A program made the translations under genes and the position numbers. Below, piece by piece: positions 29,538-43,489 of a stretch of 64,000 nt of DNA (positions are counted from its first letter, which is position 1; every line of letters begins with the position of its first letter). A model generated the notes under the pieces. It was not told the origin of the DNA. It searched no databases and saw nothing but the letters and a program-made list of their open reading frames with translations. This DNA comes from the human T2T-CHM13v2.0 reference genome, Homo sapiens. Location of the stretch: the NCBI RefSeq assembly GCF_009914755.1, contig NC_060930.1; one strand, 5' to 3'.

Positions 29538-30959
29538 GACATTCTATCACAATCAGCTGGGAAGGAGAGAGTTCAGGAAAGCCCCTATATGACGTCTGGC
29601 CACTCAAATCCCTCTCACTCAAAACTGTTAGGTATGGGGTTGGGGGTAACATGTACATTTTCTAGAATCTCAGGTCTCTCTATGAGACCAAACCAATAGG
29701 ATTAGTTAATTCTGCTTGAAGTCAAAGTCAGTAGAAACAATATTTGAACTAACATAAAGAATAAGAAGGGTTAAATATGGTTAGATTTTACTCGTGTTTT
29801 AATTATTATTGTTAAAACCAGATGTGTAAGTGATAGAACTGGAGAAATAATTTTGAAAACTTTAAGTGCTGTTAACAAAGAGTAGAATAGAGGTAATGTA
29901 CCAGTATTGCCTCTGGGATGGGACTATAGATGCAAGTCAGGAGGTTTAAGTGATGGCAGAGGCTAGTTAGATGGAAGAAAACAAGCACGGATGTCATATT
30001 CCTTTTCTTATGTTTTGAGGATTCTTGGGTGTATTTGCTGTGTATGGAACATATACCAGCATCATAGATACAGGTGACATGATAGCCAAGACCATTTAAT
30101 GAGAGTGGACCTTCTAGAGCCTACTACTTCCCTCTCCTTAAAGCAAAACCTCCATTGAACCATACATGCTCAGCCTCCTCTCCTTTGCTATCACCATAAC
30201 AACCAACATGCCATGAGAAATATAATAAGATGTTGTCCAGAGAAGCGAGGGCTTTCAGTGCCTGTCTTTAGGAGCCTCCTTTAGGGGCTGACCTTCTTTC
30301 TCTGAGCCAATGAAATGCCTAAATTATGAAGGTCTAATTAATCAGCATTTGAAAGCCTCCATCAGCATCCCATCACCCAGGATACCTCACAGAACCATGA
30401 GTGTGCACCTCAAGGGCTCACCAAAGATGAGGCAAATAGCAAGACTGCATAAGAGTCTGGAAATGGAAAGATACTCTCCAGCAGTACTAGATAGTCTAGG
30501 TGTTTGAAGCCTGTGAAAGTAATCAAATGCACAATCCTTTGTAGGGAGCAGAATTATGTGGGATGAAAGAATGCAAGGCACACCACTGACCCAGATTTGG
30601 GTAAAATAACTGGTCATTCCCACATTCTCTGTCTCATCTCTATGCATTGGCACATACGTCCCCTCTATACTAAAGTTTCCTCCACAGTGAATTCCTATTT
30701 CTCCTTTTATGCTATACCCAATGACCACTTCCCCTGTAAGAGTCACTGTGATATATCATATCCCTTTGAAATTTATGTCTCTGGGAATCTTTGCTGTATG
30801 CATTGGTTATATTCATTCCCGGTCTCGAAGTTAAAAAATTCCCCTTGCTAGTGAGAATTACAAGTAGAATACAGGTGTAGTGGTGGTGAGGCAGCCCCCA
30901 CCTCCTACCGTGGTCAAGATGAGGACTTTGGAGAGGAATCACATCTGGGATAGCCCCTC

Positions 30960-31160
30960 CCCCACTGACTTCTAATACAGCCTGGGGTCAAGTAAGTACT
31001 CAGCACTCTAATATTGTTTCCTCATCTGTAAGGTGGAGATAATAGAAGAAACCACCATATAGAATAATTTTGAGGATAAAATGAAATAAGGAAAGGAAAG
31101 TACTTAGCATGATGTCAGGCAAATAACAAACACTGTAAATATGTACCATGGTAATATTAT
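30960..31160 (+). mobile_element. MIR SINE
   Basis: gtttcctcatctgtaaggtggagataata...tgaggataaaatgaaataa...aagtacttagca. Confidence 0.75.
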
Positions 31161-32766
31161 TATCATTATAAACACAATGGTTCATATATTGATACTATCC
31201 TACAAAGGAATAAAAGTTTTTGCTTCTGGGTTTCCTATAGATTATTAGTTTTGTTAAAAATTTGCCATCGCTGAAGTAAAATTTGTCATAATTGATTTGA
31301 AATCTCTCAAATCAAGCTAGCAAAAGGAAAAACTGTACGAATGACAAGTTTCTGAGCTATAGCATACTTTTAAAGGCATGCAGTTTTATCCATTGTAAAT
31401 TCACAGGACAAACTAGGATATATAAACTGGACTTTCTAAATAGAAGTCCAGTTGAGGAAATAATACATAATCATGGCATTTGTAATTAGCATAATTTCCT
31501 CAAATACATTGCAATATACTAAATTCTTTAACTTGTTGTGGAGGATAAATTGCTCTTAAAAACTCAAAACAATTTGAGTTTTTAAACTCAAAATAACTGC
31601 TTTCTTAGAGATCACTTTTTAAAATGATCTGCTTCTGTCCAGTACAAGCAAAAAAAAATTCCAAGTGATGGAGTCTGACTATATTATACTATGTATCAAG
31701 CTAAATCATTATGAATTAATCTTCTCTCCAATGTCTTATATCTCATAGTATCTCTCATGATCTATTATCACAAGTCAAGTTTGACATTTCTTTTAAATTA
31801 AAATTTTATGTTACAGAATTCTGCTCTTTCTAATTAATTAAATTCTTACAAGGTAAAATCACTTTATTTTATACTAATAAAGCATACTATAGTTTCTGAA
31901 AAAAATTCAAAATTGTAATACAAGTTTACAAACTGGGGGGCATAAGAGAGGATTTAAGTTTACAAAGCCATGAAGACAATAATAGCTAGAGAAGATAATT
32001 CTAGAGATCCAGAAATCAATTCTTTATCATTATCACAATTACGGTAGGGCAATTTCATTGTTATTATAATGTGGGTTGTGTTTTATTCTGAAGACCATGA
32101 AGTTCATACACTTATTTCTGGTTAGTTTGACATATCGTCACGGCTATATAAATAGTGGGTGACCTTTGTTGGTGGGAGAATGAACTTGAGAATGTTTAAA
32201 TAACTTTCCAGTAGTGGGGAAGCTGATAACTGAACACAGATGTGCCTTGCTAACATGCTCTAAAACTTCTAATTCACTTATGTAAAATTACTATAAATAT
32301 TAAATATGAGTTGCAAATATATTCAAAGCACCAGAACACAATTAGAACTCTTAAACCAAAAACTATACCTACTATTGATTTTATTTCTGATGACAAGAAA
32401 GAAACTCTGAAGTCATCCAGCATCTCCAGATCATCTTCAGGAAATTAAGGTGTTATTACAGGGTAGGTGAAACACTGCATGGTGGATCAGGGAACAGGAT
32501 GCTGCGTTCTAGACTCTGCTTTTAACTGTTTGAATTTAGACACCAGACCTGACCCTGCAAAATGAGGGAACTAGACTCGATTTTGATTAAGATATCATCC
32601 AGTGCTATACAATGCTTCAATGAGCAGATGTCCCAATTATCATTAACAGAAATATTCAGTCTCAATTGCAGCATAAACTAGCCTGAACTTTATGCTATGC
32701 AAAATGCACCAAGATCAACTTGTGCCCTTAAATAAACATATGCAGCTAAAATCTGACACAAGTTGG

Positions 32767-33166
32767 TGTTATGGGCTGAACTGTGTCCCCAACTCCTCAA
32801 ATTCATATGTTGAAATCTGAAACTCTAATTTCTCAGAATGTGCCTATATTTGGGGATAGGGCCTTTAAAGAGGTACTTAAGGTTAAGTGAGGTCGTTAGG
32901 GTGGGCTTTAATCCAATATGACTGGTGTTCTTATAAAAAGAGAAGATTAGCATATAAGCAGGTACAGAGGAAAGACCATGTAAGACACAGGGAGAAAAAA
33001 ATGGTCATCTACAAACAAAGGAGAGAGGCCTCAGAAGAAACCAACCCTGCCAACTCCTTGATCTCAAACTTTCAGCCTCCAGAGCTGTGAGGAAATAAAT
33101 TGCTGTTGTTTGTTTAATTTACCCAGTCTGTGATATTTTATTCTGCAGCCCGAGCAAGCTAATGCA
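32767..33166 (+). mobile_element. MLT1B solo LTR
   Basis: tgttatgggctgaactgtgtcccc...taatgca; intact 5-bp TSD GTTGG (32762-66 and 33167-71). Confidence 0.92.
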
Positions 33167-34684
33167 GTTGGCTCTTCTATAGCAGCTATATAGCCAAAGG
33201 ATTCCAATGCACATAAATATAAATAGTAGGTATAGAAAGAACATTAGGTGTCTAATAAAATGTGAAGCTCTGAGATTCTGCTAGAGGTCACACCTTCTCT
33301 GTAAACATTAAAGAGGGCTCTTTGAGGATAACAGACTCTGCACAAAAGCCCCACAGTGAGCATCAAGGTGGAGTGCCAGCCTCCACTGTACCAGCCACAG
33401 CAGTGCTCTGCAAAGAGAAAATCAAAATGCTAACAATATCTACCAGCATAGGAAAATCAAAACCACACAAAGGATGAATACTTAAATAGCCTCTCAAGAA
33501 CTGGAGTGTATTCACAGGGAGTGGAAGACCTTCCACATGCATAGTCACCAAATACACCAGCCACACAAAGGGACTAGGATTGCTGGGAACCTGAATTCTT
33601 TGGTGAAGTAATTACTTTTGTATTCTTTTTCCCCTTAAATGGCAGCTGCAGCTCCATTCATTTTTCTTGGGACAGTACCATTAATTCAGGCAAATAAGTC
33701 ATGCTCAACAGGGGTTTCATCTCTCACACCTTTGATTCCCCATTGCATTGTGTTTATACTTACAGCACTTACTAAATTTTGCCCTGTAATGGGGTAATCT
33801 GCACACTTCTCTTGTCCCAACTAGCAAGCGAGGGACTATTTTTATTCTTTATCATAACTCTTACATAGCTCAGAGCCTTGCACCAAATTAACACTCAGTA
33901 ATATTCACTAGCTAGAATTGAACTAAACTGCCATTCAATAAATCTCTGAAGTATTATTCTGCATTTTAGGTCATAGGTAAATACATATCTCGGTAGGAAA
34001 CTTAGGAAAGCTGGAGTTCACACTGAGAAAGTCGTGAGAGATGAGTTTGGAGAGATTAAGTAGGCACGGAGTTCCTTACAACTTAAGGAACTTGGATTTT
34101 ATCCTAAGATGATAGAATGAATTTATCACAAAGGAGCAGCATTTTCATATTTGTGTTTTTGGAAAAATTAGCCTGAGTGCTAGTTGAAAACTGAATTATA
34201 GAGAGTCATTACTGAAGCAGGAAGCTGGTGGCAGGGGCGAATTACAGAACAGTCATTGTGTCTGAGTTTTGCAGTCTTTGTAATTGGGAGATTAGTGGGA
34301 TCACTGTCCAAACAACCAAAGGATGCACAATAGGGCAAGATATGAAGGTAAAAATGGTGAATTTAATTTTTTAATTTTTTTCTTTTTTATTAAAGTATTA
34401 AACACAATATACTAATGTATGTAAAATGCTTTATTCTGAAATGTACAGCTTGATGTATTTGTACATTTGCATATACTAACGCAATGGCTACCAAGATCAA
34501 GATTGAGAACACTTCCAGAGCTTCTCATGCCCTTTCCTAAGCAATAACTTATTAACCACAAAAAATAGTAATTTTATAGTGAAAATCTGACAGATACCAC
34601 CTTAGCCAAGCTATCAAAGTTAACATCATCAAAATGAGACAAATTGACATCATGTATTTCCTGATACGATGCACTGCAAAGGGC

Positions 34685-35530
<846 letters not shown>

Positions 35531-35544
35531 CAGCTAACAGTATA

Positions 35545-35660
35545 AAACTTAAGCTCCATGAGACTTGGAACTTTGTTATCTTCCATGCAGTATCCCCAGC
35601 CTCTAGATAAGTGCCTGGCACATAATGGGCATATCAATAAATATTTGTGATGAATGAACA
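35545..35660 (+). mobile_element. L2 3' terminus
   Basis: aagctccatgag...gtatccccagc...gtgcctggcacataa...caataaatatttg..tgaatgaa. Confidence 0.75.
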
Positions 35661-38090
35661 ACTGGTAATATTATTGATTTGAGAAAAGAATTTGAAAAGC
35701 CACTTATCTTTTAAACAGCTATTAAGCAAAGTTGAAATGTTTGCCTTCTTTTTGCTTAATAACTTGTGCAAGCAGACAAAGTTTTAAAAAATGCTATTAA
35801 TCTTAAATCTATATTCAGAAGTAGATTGCACATTTGACCTACCTAGAAATGGGTCTCTGAAAAAAATAGAATGTGGTAACCTAAATATTTAAAGGCTTTA
35901 TTAAGAATGTTGTTTCGAGGCTTTACAATCTCTTAAATTGGGTCTTTAAAAAATATTGTCTTACCTTTTATTATTCCTCCAGAAATATCAGGGTTGGTGA
36001 TGAAAGAAAAAGATGCAACAAAAGAACAATTTAAGAAGAGACAAGGTACTCTTTTTCTTTGGTGGTGTTGCAGGATTTCTGAGATATTTGTAAAGCAAAA
36101 TGTAATAAATCAATCTCTCTCTCTATCCCCCTTTCTTTCTACAAGACGCATTTTAAATGGCTTTTCCCCATTTCTATGCTCCTTATCTGAAGCCATAGCA
36201 TCAGTTCTGAGCCAGCACCAGAAGAGGAAGGACTAATATAGAAATGATTGAATAATGAATGGATAATGGCCTAAGGAGCAATAAGCAAAGTCAATCAGAG
36301 TTGAATACTCTATGACTCTATGCAAGTATTTCCCTACACCTAAAAATAATGTGAATAATAAATAGGAGCTCATTTGTATTGTTTCTTACATGGGCAATTA
36401 AAAAACAGCATCTGTTTCTATACTTGCCAAACCATATAAAGACATGGCAAATCATAATGCCATATACTGAAAACAATTAAAAGTAAAAAAGTAAAATTTA
36501 AATATTACACAATAACATACTGGTATGTTACACATAAACATACAAATCGCCTGGTTGTGTAACAGGATCATTGAAAAATGAAAGGAAATTAAAACTAATT
36601 CTAAAATACATGTAGTAATTATTATATAGTTCAGTTAAAGTATTAGGTGATTTGTGTTATGCTTACCCTGAAATGCAGGAAGACATTCAGAGAAAACTTT
36701 GGCTATGATATTCCCCATACAAAATGCTATAAAGCAGACACACATGGCAAAATTGCTCAAATATCATTAGCTCTAAATGGAATTTTTACTACCAAATACA
36801 TATTAATCAATATTTATTCTTCTGGAAATAAAAAAGGTCCAAGGCTTATTTTAGAAATTGATCTATTTTTCCTCAGTGGCCCCTTCTATTTCCATATGTG
36901 GATGTCAATAATCCTATATATAAATTATTACTTTGCTTGCATTTCAACCATAAGCAGAGTTGATTGTCAGTCAGGTAACTTTTCTGTTTAAGAATTAGAT
37001 AACCTTTCCAAAGGTTATTATCTCTCATGTAACTGAGGAATTTCCCTGCTCATCAACTCTACTGTCATCCATTTCATCTCAGGGATTACTTCTCAATTCC
37101 CAGGTACTGGCTTATCCCATTTTAACTAAATTCGTATTCCCAAATTATTCATCTTTACAATGACTTCCTTGTTACCTTTTTCCTCACAGGAAGCAGAGAA
37201 GGAAGCAATTTTGATGTTACCTACTATATATTTTACAATATCAATACACTGAAAAATACAGAACTCCAGCTCTGCTCAGGATTCTACTCTTCTAACTAGT
37301 GAGCCCCTCTTCTACAATTCTATTCACAAGTGCTCCCAAGATTTAGTTTTATTGTTGGGGCACTGACAGTGGCAAAAAAAAAAAAAAAAAAGTATGGGAG
37401 TACCTGGAATTCGTGACCCAAATGCTCTGAATTTAAAGCATAAGGATTTATACCTAATACATAGGGATTTTTACATAGGGATTTATACCTAATAAGTGCT
37501 TCTGATTTTCACCATTCCTTCTAATAAGTAATCCAGTCCTATTACTCCTGAAGCAGAAGAAACGGAGCATCCACACTAAAAAACAAAAAACAAAAAAACA
37601 AAAAAATACATTCCTTCTCTCAGACTGTTTCATAGATTGGTCTTTGTTGAGACAAAATAGAGTAGTTATCAAACAATGAGTGATGGCTATTTGAGGTGCA
37701 TAAAACCATTTTAATCCTTTATACTTGTTCTTTTCTTGTATATTTTCAACTTGTAGCCAACAGGCTATCTTTAAGCACAGCCCCAATTCAGGGTGCTTTG
37801 AGCCCTTCAGTTCAATCCCTCCAAGTATGGGTATTAGATGCCTCCTCATACTAAATGCTCAGGGCCCCACTCTCCTTTTCTTGAGATTATGGGTGTTTTG
37901 AGGGCATTGAGTAAATACAGAAGAGGGGATGTCCATACACAAGTATTTGGGGACGAAGCAAAGCCCCCCGGTACAGACAGGAATCATTCCTGAGTGATGG
38001 TGAGATGCTAAACCTTGGCAAGTTGGAGCCAAGACAGTTACATCCAGCTCGCAGGTGGCCTTTAAGTCCTCCAACAGTGCCTCTTGCAGT

Positions 38091-38218
38091 TAGGATTATC
38101 AAACCTCCTAATTTGTCCAGGACATTCCAGTTTATGCCTATTGTCCCTGTTATCATGATGTAATTGGTGTCCCTTTTCAAGTATCTTAGTTTGGGCAAAC
38201 AATTATATGGTCATCCTA
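38091..38218. mobile_element. MER94 (hAT-Blackjack MITE)
   Basis: Termini taggattatca and tatatggtcatccta; internal tttgtccaggacattccagtttatgcctattgtcc. Confidence 0.7.
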
Positions 38219-38769
38219 TTTATTTATGGTAGAATTTTCCCAAATCCACCCACTTTGCTGTAGAAGGCTTCTCCCTTCTTGAGAGCTTTTCCTCTATCAG
38301 CTCCCTGGATCCTGGCTTTCCTGTCCAGTCTATTAATCTCCTTCCTTCCTCTCCTCACCCTATCCCCAAATCTTTGAATCTCCTGAAATTCTTTCCTTCT
38401 CCCTTCCATCATCTGGAAAGCTTCCTTTCTTCAAACTCCTTCAAGGCCACCCTTCTGTCTATTCTCTGATCCTTACCTTCTTTCACAATAAACTTTAGAC
38501 CAGAGAATGCTATTTCACCTGCACAAGTGATCAGCAATTTGGAACATGCTGGTGGCACTGGTCATAGTTATTTTTTAAACACCCGTGATCCAGAATCCAT
38601 GAACCCAGGCGTCTCCCAGACTTACACCAGCCTCTCACAGCAGACATCTGTATTTTCCCAGAATTCTACAGATGATTCTCATATACGGTGAGCATTGAGT
38701 AGTCCTGTCCTCATATGCCTCAGGCACTTTGCATGACATCTCATTAATTCTCATAATCTTACAAAGGCA

Positions 38770-38990
38770 ACATAGCGTATCAGTTAGAAGCACAAGGTTC
38801 TGAAAATAACCTAACAGGACTAAATCCAGGCTTCAACACTTACTAAGTAATCTTTGAAGTTACTGAAGCTCTCTATGCTTCTAAAATATGGCTACTTATC
38901 CTTGTACCTATGGTAAATATTAAGCAAGTTAATACACGTAAAGCACTTCAATCAGACCCTAGTACAGTAATTACTTTTAAAATGTTAGAT
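38770..38990 (+). mobile_element. MIR SINE
   Basis: aggcaacatagcgtatcagttagaagcac...aaatccaggcttcaacacttacta...gtaaagcactt. Confidence 0.65.
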
Positions 38991-39132
38991 GGCATGGCTA
39001 GTGGTGATCCTGAGATCTAAACTGTTTTCTGAATCTAAATTCCATGCACTTTCTGACATCACTGCTACCAAGTGCTCTCCTGTATATAATAAAAGGCAGT
39101 ATAGGACTGATGAATGGTATGGGAAGAAGTTC

Positions 39133-39138
39133 TTTATT
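39133..39138 (-). terminator. Distal polyadenylation signal AATAAA of NDUFAF4
   Basis: TTTATT on + strand, about 1.77 kb downstream of the stop codon. Confidence 0.65.
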
Positions 39139-40187
39139 TTATCATGTGACACCACATAACAGATGCCTAACCACACAATGTAGATATGAATAAAGAAGAT
39201 GGCTCAGAAGAGTGTACTAGTATTTGTGACTCAGCTAGTGACCATTATGATAAAAAGAATAAAGTTTTGACTTATTTACAGTTTTAAAATGCATTTTATA
39301 TTGAGTAGTTATTTCATGTTTTCTTAAAACAATTATTGTATTGAACTAAAAATAAACTAGGTAGTTTGTTCACATAACAAATCTACATTCAAAGTCATGC
39401 TTACAAATTTTCCACTTAGTCCATTTTTCTGTTCTCAGCATTACTACAAATGCCTCGTTCCGTCATCACATTGAATTCTTCAACATCCTCTATATCATTT
39501 CCAGGGGCATCTCTGGGAAGTAGTGATGCCTATCTTCCCTCGGAAGCACTAATAACCCTAATATACCCACAATTCACACCTTTTCCCTTCTTTGAGGTGT
39601 GCTGCTTTTTGGCAAGACAGAAAAAACACACTACTAGGATTTGAAAAACTAAATTCTGGGCCTGTTTAAGTCATAAACTACAGAATCTTCGGTCATATAT
39701 TCTCCCCAGGCACTTGTTTCTCCACCGCAAAAAATAATTCCTATTTGCTTGGTCCTTTGTAGTCCTTTATTATTTATCTTCATGATAACCCTTACATTTA
39801 GGGTAGCATTATGCTTATTTTATAGAAGAAACTCAATCTCCAAGAAGATATAGTCTCCCAAAGATCCCCCAAGTAGTAATATATTAGGCAGAGCTAAACT
39901 CACACACTCACTCAAGATCCTAGTACTGGTACATGCTATGCTAATTAAATTTGCTAAAATGGATGAAATGGCAATTTCTCAGGTCCCTTCCAATGATCCT
40001 GTTCTCTGCTTCTACTTGCTATCTTTTTCTCTTCTCTCAACTAGCATTAACATCCGAAACTATATGTAATCACCAAATTTCATCTACCATGGTTTTTTAA
40101 TTATTCTTTAAATTTTTCTCTATTTCCACATTAAATCCAGAGAAATGTTACTTTTTTGAAAGTTTCTGCTTCCTGCCTCTCTGAAGG

Positions 40188-40260
40188 CCATGGGACTTAA
40201 CTATTTGTCAAAGCAGAAATTCCCATGGGACTTACCTATCTGTCAAAGCAGAAATTCCCA
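40188..40260. repeat. 35-bp tandem duplication in the NDUFAF4 3' UTR
   Basis: CCATGGGACTTA(A/C)CTAT(T/C)TGTCAAAGCAGAAATTC twice (2 mismatches) plus trailing CCA. Confidence 0.95.
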
Positions 40261-40903
40261 ACATTTTGTAAACACCACTAATTACTTTTTATAACTGTAA
40301 AGACAATTATTCCATACTTAAAACCAATTCAAAATAAAATAAATCCTCAATACTTCTTATTCCCTGGAGTAGTAATTTTAATTAGATTCTATTGATTCAT
40401 TTTCTCCTGTGTGCCTTTATTTGGGAACTACTGTTAGTCTACCCTGCTATCGAGTCTCTTTCCCTAACGAGAAAATGTCAGTCTTAAGGGTCAGGAAAGC
40501 TTTTACTTTCACTATCGCATGTGAAGAATGAACTAAACACCTAACTTGGAAAGTAAAACTCAGTTGAGGGATTCAGGACAATTCCCAAGGGGTAATATGA
40601 CCAATTTAAAAGTTGGTATATGTGCCTAAAATAACAAATTAACTCTTTCACCATAATAAAGGTACAGATGTGCTCAGTCATGCTGACATGCACTTATGAA
40701 ATATGCCTAAACCAAATTAAAATAAAACAAAAGATATTCTATGGCAATCTTGAAAAGTCAGGGAGCTCAATAAATATTAAGAGTATGCCCTCACAATGAG
40801 AGCATTAAATATTTGGTAATTAACATAATTTATTACGCAAAAAATGAGAAAATATACAGCAGGAGGGATGAGGAGTACACATAGGAAATTTCTGTGATTT
40901 TCT

Positions 40904-41191
40904 TCATTTTGATCGTATTGCTTTCTTGTCTTCAGGAGGGAAGATTTCGACTTCAAAAGTAACAAAATATTTAAGAAGAGAATTCACATCTTTCTGTTCT
41001 AACTGGTATTCTTGCATTATTTTCTCAGCAGTCCAGGTTTCTGGGAAAAGCTTATGATTATTGAGAAGTGTCAATGCTTCTACAATGGAAATTTTGCCTT
41101 TGGGAATGCTCTTAATATTTATCATATCAAAATGATGGTCTTTCGGCAATCTGAATTCCTTCGGCTCTTGACATGTTTCAGCAGCTTTTAC
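40904..41191 (-). CDS. NDUFAF4: NDUFAF4 coding exon 3 (terminal), 95 aa plus stop
   Basis: Acceptor T11-GATACTAG|GTA. Translates [95 protein letters not shown] then TGA. Total protein 175 aa. Confidence 0.97.
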   Translation of the reverse strand, partial: VKAAETCQEPKEFRLPKDHHFDMINIKSIPKGKISIVEALTLLNNHKLFPETWTAEKIMQEYQLEQKDVNSLLKYFVTFEVEIFPPEDKKAIRSK

Positions 41192-41288
41192 CTAGTATCA
41201 AAAAAAAAAAGGTTTTAGGATGAGAGAAAAGATTTGACATCTACTTTCATACTTCTCAAATCTACACTATTCCTCTTCAAATAACAAC

Positions 41289-41679
41289 TAATATGGTTTG
41301 GATCTGTGTCCCCACCCAAATCTCATGTCACCAAATTGTAGTCCCCAAAGTTGGACGTAGGGCATGGTGGAAAGTGACTAGATCATGGGAGTGGATTTCC
41401 CTCTTTGGTGCTATTCTCGTGATAGAGTTCTCACCAGATATGGTTGTTTAAAAGTGTGTAGCACCTCCCCCACACCCCGCTTCTGCTTGCTCTGGCAATA
41501 TAAGCCGTGCCTGCTTCCCATTCCACCATGATTATAAGTTTCCTGAGGCCTCCCCAGAAGCAGAAGCTGCTATCCTTCCTGTATGGCCTGCAGAATCGTG
41601 AGCCAATTAAACATCTTTTCTTTATAAACTACCCAGTCTCATGTATTTCTTTACATCAGTGCAAGAATGGATTAACACA
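41289..41679 (+). mobile_element. MSTA solo LTR in NDUFAF4 intron 2 (antisense to the gene)
   Basis: atatggtttggatctgtgtccccacccaaatctcatg...gaggcctccccagaagcagaagctgc...agccaattaaac. Confidence 0.9.
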
Positions 41680-42339
41680 AATTCTATATACGATTTTCCA
41701 AACTTCATTTTCTTATTATAATGAGCCATAGTTTAATAGTACTTTTGCCACATTGCCTTTTCATAACTATAGCTCTATCATTAAGAAATGTAGGCATCTC
41801 TAGAAAATAATAATCAAATGTATACCATCCACTCACCACATTATTTCATGTGTTTTAAAAGAACAATGAAAATAATTTATTAAAAACTGCACCTGTTTTA
41901 AAAGGGCAGGATTCTGATGCCACCCTAACAGCTGGCTTGATAACATCTATTCTGTTTCCCAGCTTTGTATTTCATACTCAGTACTCCCAAACACCTTGAA
42001 TGAATTGAAATATTGCTAGTGATCTTTCTCCCGAGAAAATAAACTAACGCCTCCAATACACTCCAGTATAAATAAAACAACCTATGCACACCCATCCTTC
42101 CATCTATCTGTCCCATCCCAGCTTAATCCCAGCACGTGTGCTCTGCATTCCATTCTTGTTTCCTAGCTATGCCTATCATTCTTTCTTTTCTTTTCCTTTT
42201 TTTACTGCACTGTGCCTACTGCTGCTTTTTGGTCAAATATAGAAATGCTATAGTTACTATGTTTTTTAACATGCCCACCAAACCCAAAACCAACACCTCT
42301 TTTATGACCAGTTTCCTTCTCTTCAGGTAATGTTTAAAA

Positions 42340-43330
42340 GAAATAATGCTTGCTATCTCTAATGACTGCCTAGTTGCTTAATTCAGAGGACACTTTTTAG
42401 ACCTCATTTGAACTCACTATAGTATCTCACTACATCTGACACTGCTGACCACTCCAATGTACTTATAACTATCTTCCCCCTTGGTTTCCATGCCACCCCC
42501 TCACAGTTTTCCATCGGTTTTTTCAGTGGGTCCTTCGGGGTTTTATTCATGGACCCTTTTCCTTTTGCTTACCCTTAAATGTCAGTGTGTGACATTTAAG
42601 AGTGCCCAGGCCTTCTTCTCACTCTACACATTCTTCCAAAGTAATCCCACACACTCCTCTAACTTCCATTACTGCCTACAAGTTAATTACTTCCAAAGCT
42701 GTGATCGTAAACCAAGACCTTTTCTTGATTTCCCAACCCAAATGCTTAACAGGTATCTCCACTTAAATGACCTACATGCTCCTCAAATTCAATATTATCT
42801 GAAACTAAACCTATCACCAGTTCTACTCCCATATCCTCAATCTCAATGACCAACACTACCTACCTCTCATGCCAAAAATGAGATTATACTTGCACCTCCC
42901 TCTCCCTTACTCATTACACCAATCAATGACCAAATCCTGTTGACACTGCATCATATGTCTCTCTCAAACTCACTCACACCTCCCCCATACTACTAAATCA
43001 CCCTAGTCCAAGCCAATGTCTCTTGCAGAAATGACTGCAAATACCTCCTATTTGGTCTCTTCTAATTAGATAAAATGCACTTTGTTCCCCCGCCAGGCTA
43101 CTTTCAAATCTAACATCACTTTTGACCATTAACTCTTTAATGACTTCCCATTGTCTTCAGAATAAAACAAAACTCCTTAGCAAGAAAAATAAGGGCCTTT
43201 ACGATCTGACCCCTATCACTCTCCATCCCAACTCACTTCTCCCAAATTCACATTTCACATTTTCTCATAACTGCAGTGAACTCTAACCATTCTTCAAAGG
43301 CATCACACACTCTTGTATCTTTATATTGCA
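42340..43330 (+). mobile_element. L2 LINE fragment (intron 2)
   Basis: catctgacactgctgaccactcc...aacttccattactgccta...cttcccattgtcttcagaataaaacaaaactcctt. Confidence 0.75.
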
Positions 43331-43489
43331 AACTAGGCCTGAAACACTCTTCTCAACTTTTTCACTTTCCAAATCTCAAAGCTATTTTCCTATTCCCAGG
43401 TAAGGTAGATCTTCCTTCCACTCCAAGCACATCTGTATTCAGATTTCCTTTCTAATTAATAGTCAATACTAAAATAAATAATTATTTGA

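Larger units (their letters stand above)
39115..40903 (-). other. NDUFAF4: NDUFAF4 3' UTR (longest form; end approximate)
   Basis: Follows the stop codon. Minus-strand AATAAA hexamers at 40829-34, 40416-21, 39766-71 and 39133-38. End is inferred about 18 nt past the last one. Confidence 0.7.

Noticed and set aside
37454-38198. Overlapping minus-strand ORFs (131, 71, 103 aa) downstream of NDUFAF4
   Set aside because: No recognisable protein similarity, partly MER94 and simple repeat, no supported splice structure.
40188-40260. 35-bp repeat of CRISPR-like length
   Set aside because: Only two adjacent copies, no spacers, no cas genes, eukaryotic 3' UTR.
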